In this document: in pieces, positions 25,314-33,000 of the stretch
Numbering within the stretch: the stretch's first letter is position 1
Layout: the number at the start of each line of letters is the position of its first letter
IMG/VR virus record: IMGVR_UViG_3300031520_000003
Location: 1 to 56,049 of that record
DNA length: 56,049 nucleotides
Reading direction: 5' to 3' (one strand)
Origin: a virus
Notes under the pieces: model-generated
Databases searched by the model: none
What the model was told of the DNA's origin: nothing
The model's input: the letters and a program-made list of their open reading frames with translations, nothing else
Position numbers and translations under genes: made by a program

Positions 25314-25640
25314 ATGACTGAACTGATAAATCTTACGCCACACACATTAAACGTGATTGTTGGTGAGCGTCGTCTTGAAATTCCCCCCAGCGGTACCATC
25401 GCTCGTGTGAGCGTGAAAAGCGTCCCTGCTGGGGAAGTGGCCGGTATTCCCTTTGTGGAGAATATGTATGGTGAGGTCGAGGGCCTGCCTGCTCCTGAAG
25501 AGGGTAAGGCATATATTGTGAGTGCGCTTGTTGGTGGGCGTGTGACGGGCCGAACCGATGTCTTCGGCCCCGATAGCGGAAATACGGCTCTTCGTGAAAA
25601 TGGTCAAATCGTAGGTGTTGTTCGTTTAGTGCGGTTCTAG
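25314..25640 (+). CDS. hypothetical protein
   Basis: 108-aa ORF with AAAGGAGAGAAG upstream. Confidence 0.65.
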   Translation: MTELINLTPHTLNVIVGERRLEIPPSGTIARVSVKSVPAGEVAGIPFVENMYGEVEGLPAPEEGKAYIVSALVGGRVTGRTDVFGPDSGNTALRENGQIVGVVRLVRF

Positions 25641-25731
25641 TCGAGAGTCGCATGAGTGGGCGGTAGCTAATCCGCCTACAGGAGAGAAGCAGCGTGAAGC
25701 TGCTCAGCATTTCCTCAAAGAGTTAGAGGAA

Positions 25732-25827
25732 ATGACTGACCCCAACGTGGAACATTCGATCTGTTGCCATTGTGGGCAATCGGTGCCCGTGTCCTGGCTG
25801 AACGAGTATGGGAATTGTTGTTTGTAG
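25732..25827 (+). CDS. small Cys-rich peptide (31 aa), possibly longer
   Basis: MTDPNVEHSICCHCGQSVPVSWLNEYGNCCL. The frame is open and protein-like from 25630 but has no start codon there. Confidence 0.3.
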   Translation: MTDPNVEHSICCHCGQSVPVSWLNEYGNCCL

Positions 25828-25862
25828 GAGCGGCGGGTCAATCCCGCCAGAGAGGAAACATC

Positions 25863-26087
25863 ATGAACATCTTTGAAAATGGCAAGGAGAAGTTTCAGGA
25901 GTTGGCTGCTCATGGCACGCCTGAGCAGCAAGAGCTCGGGCAGCAGATGCTTGATGAAATGCATCTCTTGCAAAATCCCCCTCATCAGGGAACGAGCGAG
26001 TTCTATGCAAGTGACAAATGTGCGTATTGCGACAATTATAGCGGGTATGGTTTCGACTGGTGCGGTCAGTGTGAGGGAGGCCGCTAA
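25863..26087 (+). CDS. hypothetical Cys-rich protein
   Basis: ATG 25863 follows GAGAGGAAAC. Confidence 0.55.
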   Translation: MNIFENGKEKFQELAAHGTPEQQELGQQMLDEMHLLQNPPHQGTSEFYASDKCAYCDNYSGYGFDWCGQCEGGR

Positions 26088-26215
26088 GTTTCTCTCCGTA
26101 GCTGTGCGAACTCGGTTCAGTTCCGAGACGGAGAGCCACCGCGAATGTGCGGGATGTTTGAATTGTGGAATGATCTAAGTCATATGGCGGCGCATCCGCT
26201 ACGAGAGAAGAAACA

Positions 26216-26494
26216 ATGGAAGAGAAGACCGTCAGTATAGGCGAGCTCTTTGAGACTTATACTGACCTCCTGAAGAAAATTGTCAAGGTTGGTTTTGACA
26301 ATGATGGACCTGGGGTGGACCCCCAAAAGATTTGGTCAAAGTTTTGTATCGTGGCAGGTAAACAAGCCGTTGCCTCTGGCATAACGGTTGAGCAGTATCG
26401 AGAATGGCTTGAGATGTATCAGGCCACTCACAATCCTGCGACGATTATTGGGTCAGAGATTGACCGTCTCTATGAAGAAAGAAGGAAATCATGA
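26216..26494 (+). CDS. hypothetical protein
   Basis: 92-aa ORF with GAGAGAAGAAAC upstream. Confidence 0.6.
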   Translation: MEEKTVSIGELFETYTDLLKKIVKVGFDNDGPGVDPQKIWSKFCIVAGKQAVASGITVEQYREWLEMYQATHNPATIIGSEIDRLYEERRKS

Positions 26495-26703
26495 ACGAAC
26501 AAGAAGAGGCAGACAGACAGTGGTGGAATGGCCGCTATTGTAGTGGTTGTCAAGCTACTGTCGATGTCAATAGTTTGGGATATTGTGCATCTTGTATGGC
26601 TGCTGAGGAGCAGTTCGGGCAAGATTTGCGAGATGGCAAGATTGAGTTTGATGTTCCTGCCAATCCGCAGGTCGGAGATGTCATCAAGATCAAGCGAAAA
26701 TGA
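26491..26703 (+). CDS. small Zn-ribbon protein
   Basis: CSGC...CASC pairs; ATGA coupling. Confidence 0.55.
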   Translation: MNEQEEADRQWWNGRYCSGCQATVDVNSLGYCASCMAAEEQFGQDLRDGKIEFDVPANPQVGDVIKIKRK

Positions 26704-26727
26704 ATGATGAGGATGATGGCAAGAAGT

Positions 26728-26758
26728 GAGCGTCCTGGTACAAGCGACCAGGACGCTC
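26728..26758. terminator. Bidirectional terminator hairpin between convergent operons
   Basis: Perfect 12-bp stem GAGCGTCCTGGT / ACCAGGACGCTC with a 7-nt loop, followed by TTTGTGT. Confidence 0.7.
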
Positions 26759-26803
26759 TTTGTGTCTGGAATGGTGCACAAGACTCCCACGCACACACCA
26801 TCT

Positions 26804-27535
26804 CTAGCGCATCTGGGCCTTCGTCTCATGCTTCTTGAAATGGTGGTAAAATGCCACCTCTTCTTCCGAGAGATACTGTTCTCGATCTACCTGTGTCCAG
26901 CCAGATGTATGCACCAGGCGCATGTCGGATGTCGTATTGGTGCCATGCAGCACGTAGATATACGATGCGGGGTCAACGATGCGAGCGAGGCGTGCGTTCT
27001 GAGCGAGCAGAGCATGGACAAAGCGCACATCCTCCCCCACGTTGACCGATGCAAAGTGGATCCCTTGTTGCCAGTAGGACGCTCGGTACATCAGCGTCCC
27101 ATAATGCACATCCTGCTTGAAGAGTTGTCGGTGGGTGCAGTCATCACAGGTCCAGAGCGTTCCCTGCCTCGCGTCGAGCAGGAGTGACATACGCATGCCG
27201 CTACACTCCGCCTCTCCACGGAGCAGTGGCTCTACTTGCTTTGAGAGACGGTGAGGGCCGTAGTAGTCATCATCATCGAAGTGACAAATGATCTCCCCTG
27301 TCGCAAATGAACATCCGAGATTCCGTTTCATACCAATGCTACATGGCTCTGATATGGATATATACCGTAGAGTGCCAGTTCCCCTTGGAAGAAGGTCTGC
27401 TATCTTCTCTTCCCCATCGTCTATGAGAATGAGTTCCTTCTCCGCATAGTCCTGGTGCCAGAAGTATTTGAGTGCTTGAGGAATGAATTGCCGACGATTG
27501 CGCGTCGGCATGATAACGCTAATTTTTGTCGTCAT
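26804..27535 (-). CDS. family 2 glycosyltransferase
   Basis: ISVIMPTRNR ... LILIDDGEE ... HFDDDDYY (GT-A fold, DxD motifs). Confidence 0.8.
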   Translation of the reverse strand: MTTKISVIMPTRNRRQFIPQALKYFWHQDYAEKELILIDDGEEKIADLLPRGTGTLRYISISEPCSIGMKRNLGCSFATGEIICHFDDDDYYGPHRLSKQVEPLLRGEAECSGMRMSLLLDARQGTLWTCDDCTHRQLFKQDVHYGTLMYRASYWQQGIHFASVNVGEDVRFVHALLAQNARLARIVDPASYIYVLHGTNTTSDMRLVHTSGWTQVDREQYLSEEEVAFYHHFKKHETKAQMR

Positions 27536-28185
27536 TTTCCAACTGCCGCTATACGAATCGTATCATCAGGCGAGGCCGTTCCTGGCACCGACTGAGGCAC
27601 AAATTGGCCTTGACTGAAATCGTAGGTCGAAACGGGTGGTGCATTTTGCAGAACACTCTGTTGTGGAGTATTCAACGATTGCACGTTGGGCGTCATGTCA
27701 ACAGTCGAGGGTTGTGCTGGTGCTGGAAAAGGCCCCTGTGGAACGCTTTCGCTGGATGACTGCACAGAGCGCGGTGGTTGATCTGCTTGAGATGGTGCGA
27801 ACGCCAGTGGGACAACCTGCACGACTGGCGCGGAAGCAGGCGGCACATTCACGATTGGTGGAGCCACATTGACGACAGGAGGTTGAACAGGTGTTTGTGC
27901 CTGGCTTAATCGCTTTTCTAGCTCGGCAACCTGTGTGTTTGCCTGTGCAATCGTGTCGTCCTTTGCGGTCAGTAGCTCCCCGACATGCCCAGGCACATAG
28001 CTTTTTAAGGCCGCTCCAAACAGAGCCAGAAACGCGACGATAGCGGTGGAGATCGTCGCACTGACGGTGATATGTCCCCCTCTCAGGAGGTATTCAATGC
28101 CTGCTTGTATTCCTCCTGCAATGGCCGAGATGAGCATACTAAACACGGCTGCAATGAGCAGGTTTTGTGATGATGTGAGTTTCAT
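27532..28185 (-). CDS. membrane protein (holin-like candidate) with coiled-coil and Pro-rich tail
   Basis: Two TM helices, then AQANTQVAELEKRLSQAQ and PVQPPVVNVAPPIVNVPP. Adjacent to the putative endolysin. Confidence 0.5.
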   Translation of the reverse strand: MKLTSSQNLLIAAVFSMLISAIAGGIQAGIEYLLRGGHITVSATISTAIVAFLALFGAALKSYVPGHVGELLTAKDDTIAQANTQVAELEKRLSQAQTPVQPPVVNVAPPIVNVPPASAPVVQVVPLAFAPSQADQPPRSVQSSSESVPQGPFPAPAQPSTVDMTPNVQSLNTPQQSVLQNAPPVSTYDFSQGQFVPQSVPGTASPDDTIRIAAVGK

Positions 28186-29186
28186 GAGTTGGCAATCTCC
28201 TTGAGTTGTTGTAGTTTCGCCTTGAGTTGTGTGTTTTCTTTGGCGATTTGGTCATTATTCGGTTGTGCTATGAACTGCTTGGTGAGTTTGGCGACCTCTT
28301 CTTCTAATGGAGCCAGCAACGCTTGTGCGATGAGACGCTGCCCAGGTCCGCTATCGGTATGCATCAGGTAGCAAGGGCCTTCGGTCGGTGCTGTATCAAG
28401 TTTGCGATCCGGGTCATAAATCATGATCGCAGCTTCCGTGACCATGAATACCACGCCTGGATGATCTTTGACGCCAATCTCAGGCGTGATCGGCAGTCGG
28501 AAGATGCCGCCATATTTGAGGAAAAACGTCGTGAAGCCTTGCCCCATGACGATGTTCTTGTCACGGCGCTTGATGCGACCATTGCCAGCATCCTCAAAGT
28601 AGCGTGCGATGTGGGGCGTTTGTAGTGTTGCCATTGGTTGATCCTCCTGTGCCGAATGGATTTTCTCGAGCACCCAGAGCTTTGTACTCCGGAGTCTTTG
28701 CATCCATTCGCTGTCAGAATAGGTAAAAGCGTGGGCTCCATACGTGTCCATCATCGTGAGGCTTCCAGGGGCATCCTTGTACCAGACACAGACATGGCTC
28801 CAGAGATTGCGATAGGCAAGGGGCGCATAATCGTCCTGTTGCGTGAAAACCACTGGAAGGCCCTGCGCGAGGTACTGATGCGCACGCGCGACCGCTGTTG
28901 CTGCATCAGGGCACTCGACTGGATAGAGCCGTACTCCACGCCGAGCGCACCAACTCACGTAGGCGACAGCATCCGTGCCTTGATCGGCCCAGCCCTCTCC
29001 GTACGCCTCATCCTTCATCGCATCAGGATTGTATTCCGCATTCAGATGCGTGATGCCCAGCAGCCACATGACGCCTGCTAGGATGGACGTGTTCACGCAA
29101 TCAAATTGCGCGTTCTCACTCGGGCGTCCGTCTCCTGTGAGGGTGGTCAATTGATTCACAAACGGGAAATTGTGAAGTTCGCTCAT
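28182..29186 (-). CDS. papain-like (C39-type) cysteine peptidase, putative endolysin
   Basis: NAQFDCVNTSILAGVMWLLG (Gln/Cys) and NLWSHVCVWY (His). Located in the lysis position after the tail genes. Confidence 0.5.
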   Translation of the reverse strand: MSELHNFPFVNQLTTLTGDGRPSENAQFDCVNTSILAGVMWLLGITHLNAEYNPDAMKDEAYGEGWADQGTDAVAYVSWCARRGVRLYPVECPDAATAVARAHQYLAQGLPVVFTQQDDYAPLAYRNLWSHVCVWYKDAPGSLTMMDTYGAHAFTYSDSEWMQRLRSTKLWVLEKIHSAQEDQPMATLQTPHIARYFEDAGNGRIKRRDKNIVMGQGFTTFFLKYGGIFRLPITPEIGVKDHPGVVFMVTEAAIMIYDPDRKLDTAPTEGPCYLMHTDSGPGQRLIAQALLAPLEEEVAKLTKQFIAQPNNDQIAKENTQLKAKLQQLKEIANS

Positions 29187-29198
29187 CGTGTTCCTTTC

Positions 29199-29585
29199 TT
29201 AGGATGCATGCTCCGGAGAACTGCCTCGCTTTGGCAGTGTCCTGGTTGGCCTGGTCGGTTCATTTGCTGGTCGGTAGCGTTTGCTGGTGCTGCTTGTTCC
29301 GTCGCTGATCGTCACCATTTCGCCATCCACGGTCACCACCAGACCTCGCAGCTTTAACGTTGCGATGATGGTCTCAATGACATGCTCATGGATGACGATC
29401 TTTTTCTCCAGGTCTTCGATTTTTTTTTCAAGCAGATCAGTCCGTTCTTTCAATGCCTTATTGGTCTCCTCTTGAAATTTCGTCAATTGGATTTGCCGTC
29501 CATTTCTGAAAGCAGACATGCCTCCAATGGTGAGGCAGACTGCAAGCACCGCTGACACAACAGGCAGAAAATTGAGGATGTTCAT
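29199..29585 (-). CDS. N-terminally anchored coiled-coil membrane protein (lysis-associated candidate)
   Basis: TM segment LNFLPVVSAVLAVCLTIGG, then the heptad-like LKERTDLLEKKIEDLEKKI. Confidence 0.5.
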   Translation of the reverse strand: MNILNFLPVVSAVLAVCLTIGGMSAFRNGRQIQLTKFQEETNKALKERTDLLEKKIEDLEKKIVIHEHVIETIIATLKLRGLVVTVDGEMVTISDGTSSTSKRYRPANEPTRPTRTLPKRGSSPEHAS

Positions 29586-30010
29586 GCACTCTCCCGAGGC
29601 GGCACGACCAGCCGACGCGCCGCCTCCGCCGAGACGTGTGATGCATCCGCCGCCTCCGCCGAGATATCCGCCGCCTCCGCCGCTTTTCTGACACTCTCCA
29701 CAAGAGCGTTCTGCAATGCTGGTGTGCGAGGCGCGTCTCCACTGTCCTGTCGAGCCGCAGCCGCAAGCAGAGATGCGGCTGCCTCTGCTGCCTCTCTCAC
29801 GCGCACAGCCGCTGCCTCTGCCGTCGCCGCTACGACCTGTGCTGCCTCCGCTGCTTTGTTGGCTGCCTCCGTTGAGGTGAGGGCAACCGCAATCAGGGCG
29901 TCGTCTTTTTTTTGCGCACGCCTGGCACCATCACGCCAGATGCGCCACAAGAGGAGCAGCGCCAGGAACAGCCAAAAGAGATACACATACGTTAAAATCG
30001 TTTGCCACAT
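29582..30010 (-). CDS. N-terminally anchored Ala-rich membrane protein
   Basis: TM segment TYVYLFWLFLALLLLW and Ala/Glu-rich repeats (SAEAAD). Confidence 0.5.
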   Translation of the reverse strand: MWQTILTYVYLFWLFLALLLLWRIWRDGARRAQKKDDALIAVALTSTEAANKAAEAAQVVAATAEAAAVRVREAAEAAASLLAAAARQDSGDAPRTPALQNALVESVRKAAEAADISAEAADASHVSAEAARRLVVPPRESA

Positions 30011-30061
30011 AGGTTTCCTACTTTCTCTACTGACTTTTGAAAGGCTGTAAATCTATCATTC

Positions 30062-33000
30062 CTATAATTGCCGCTGAAAGAGTTTCGTGAAATCGCCCAG
30101 GTCCGGACCCGACACGGCTTGAATCGTGAACCAGGGCACAGGGACGCCACCTGGTCCCGTCGTAAAGACCGTTTTCACACTGCGAATAAGCATCTGCACA
30201 TCCGTCAGATTATGCTCAGGCACGAATACGCTGAAGAGTTGCCCAGGGGCAAGTCCCCCACGCAGCGTTGTCGCAGTGAGCATCTGTCCAATCACGCCGT
30301 ATTGCTGGACTCTCGCTTGAGCCAGTTGGTCGCCTGCCGCCTTGGTGAGGCCCGTGCCATCTTCAACATTCTCCACAATGCCTGAGCCGCCTCGCAGTTG
30401 TGCTCTGGCCTGCTGTCCTGGCACGTCGTCGTACTGCGAATAGGTGAGGTACTGGCCTGTTCCTGTGAAGGTGATCGTTTGGGTGCTGTCATAGATTGGC
30501 TTGGACGGGTCTGCTGTGACAATAGGACTGCCAATCGTGTAATAGAAGTCTTTTCCGGTATCGATACCGGAGATGCCTACCAATGCAGGAGGCCCGTTGT
30601 TGACCGTGATGGTTGGCGCGGAAGCGAGAGCATTGCCCAGCGTCCAGGAAATTGAGACGCTATCCCCTTGATGCTGCTCGTTGATCGCAATGGTGGCGAG
30701 TACATTGGTGATGTATTGCCGATTGCGGTATAAATCACCCTCAACGCGCACAGTGAGGCCCGCATCTAAGAAATCTCCTCCATTGGTCGAACCGATCCAC
30801 GGCGCTGGAACCGAGGTACGCCCTTGCAGATTGAACCGCATGTTTTTGTCGATGTACCACCAGCCATTCGGGAATTTCTTCGCCAGGTCGGAAAAGTTGG
30901 CGTCCAGTGACTTGAATCCGTACTGTGTGCTCGGAATGATCGCGCCATTGCCGATAGCAGGCGAGTGTGCCGACAACGTGAGATCGAGGACTTGCGGCGT
31001 GAAGGCTGGATTGGTACTGCTGAGTCGTAAGCGCGTCAGGACCTGTCTTGCAGTCACATCGTCGCCTTGCGGCTGCATCCTGAGTTGATAGAAACGCGCG
31101 GTGCCGCCTCCGGTGCGCAGGCCACACGTGCCTCCCGCAAGCGGCGTTGGATCGGTGTAGGTCGCGACAGCCAGACCATCAAAGAAGGCCGTGATGACGT
31201 TGCCTAGCATCGTTACACGCACGCGGTGATAGGTATTCACTGGCACACGTTGGAAGTTGATCGCCGATGACGCCACCAGGGACCGTACTCCTGCCTCGAC
31301 TTCGTAGATCGCCAGAGTGTTCGGGTTGCCTGCATTGGAAGACGCATCCTGGACGACCACCTCGTAGAAGGTGTTGGTATCGGTGTAGCGCCAGACCAGG
31401 CCACCGGAATCGCTTGCGTCCATATCCGTGAAGAGATCGATATCCGTCGCCGTGAGCGTGCTATACAGACAGAGCGCGGAGGCTCCGCCCGTTGCGACCA
31501 TGCGTCTGTTGGCGCTGTCAAAGGTATAGGTGGCCGCGGTTCCCCCAGCGCGGTAGGTGCTCGTATAATTGGCTGCCGTATTGGTCGCAAAGCTGTCGAT
31601 CGTCGGGTCTGGCTGGATACCCAGGCCCGGAATGCTGCCGCCATTTTGCGCGGTCACATCCTGCCACGTGGCCCCATTGTCAATCGAGGTATCCACGCCC
31701 AATGCGGTTCCTGCTGGCAGATTCCTATTCCAGGCCACAAGGCTATTGCCCAGCCGTCCGACGTTTTGCAGCGACAGTGGCGTTCCTATGCGCGTGCCTG
31801 TGGCGTTGAACGCGCTAGTCACCAGCCAAGTGAGCCCTTGGAGGATGACGGTCACATTGGCGTTGTTGGAGGTCAGCGTGGCGCGTATTTGCAGATTGAC
31901 GCCTGAGAGGTTGAGCCCTGGTGTCAACTGCGGGATAGCCCCACCATTCGCACAGGCTTGCCAGGTGCCCCCGATGGAGGTCTCAACGAGGAGGCTGGCA
32001 TTATTGGGGACCGTCGCATTCCACTGAATCACTGATGAGCCAACGGACCCAACCGAGGTGAGGTTCGTGTAGGGCGAAACACGGTTTCCACTCAGTTGAT
32101 AGATGATGCCGAACTCCTTGAAATACGCATTATGGCGCGTGTTCGTGAGACTGTTGAAGTGGCGATATCCCACGCCGCCACTGCTATACGTCGTGTCGGT
32201 GGCGTTGATGTAGAGCACATCGTTGACATAGACCTTGTGATTGGAGCCTGTTGCGACCACTTTGAGTCGATACCAGACCCCAGATGCGAGACTGACGGAA
32301 AAGACTGCAACTCCGAAGAGATTGCCAACGGTGCCACTACTGTTGCTGCCCCGATCCAGGTGGATTCCGTTCGCATCAATGTAGGCTGCGTAGCCATAGG
32401 TATTGTTCGTGTTGCCCCAGTTCGACGTGCGATAGACGATGCCATAATTGCCCGAAGTGTCTGATGAGGAATTGCCGAATTGCACGTCCAGTTCAATCGT
32501 GCCATCCGACCAGGTTCCAACGAAATCGAGACGTGCTCGCGCATCCAGTCCACCGTCGCATCTGAGATAGTAGCTCGACAGATTGATGCCATCAGCCGGA
32601 TTACTGCCAAAGAGCGTCCTGCTGCCAACGGAGCCATCACCGTAGCTCTTAAAGGCGCCAGTCAACTCCAATGCGCCAGAACTGCCAGACGCGATGCTGG
32701 TCACGTTGCTGAGTGTGCCTGCATTCCAGTCTGCCTGCGATGTGGTGACGTTGGCGACATCCGTTTTGGTGGCAGCGTAACTGGGCGAGATCGTCACGTT
32801 CATGTCGTAGAGAATGGGTGAGATCGTCGGGTCCGATCCGCCGATAGCCAGGGTGTGGCGAAATTGGATGCTGAGACCAGTCATGTTCTGACCTGGCACA
32901 AGCCCCGGAATAGGACCGTGATTGGTGCATGGCTGCCAGGTTGCTCCACCATCAAGCGTGGTCTCAATCGTCACCTGTGGCGTTTTCGCATTTTGCGTGG

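Noticed and set aside
29619-29683. GC-rich direct repeats GCCGCCTCCGCCGAGA x3 (spacing 30 and 21 bp)
   Set aside because: They lie inside ORF 29582..30010 and encode the Ala/Glu-rich peptide repeat SAEAAD. The spacing is irregular, so this is not an array.
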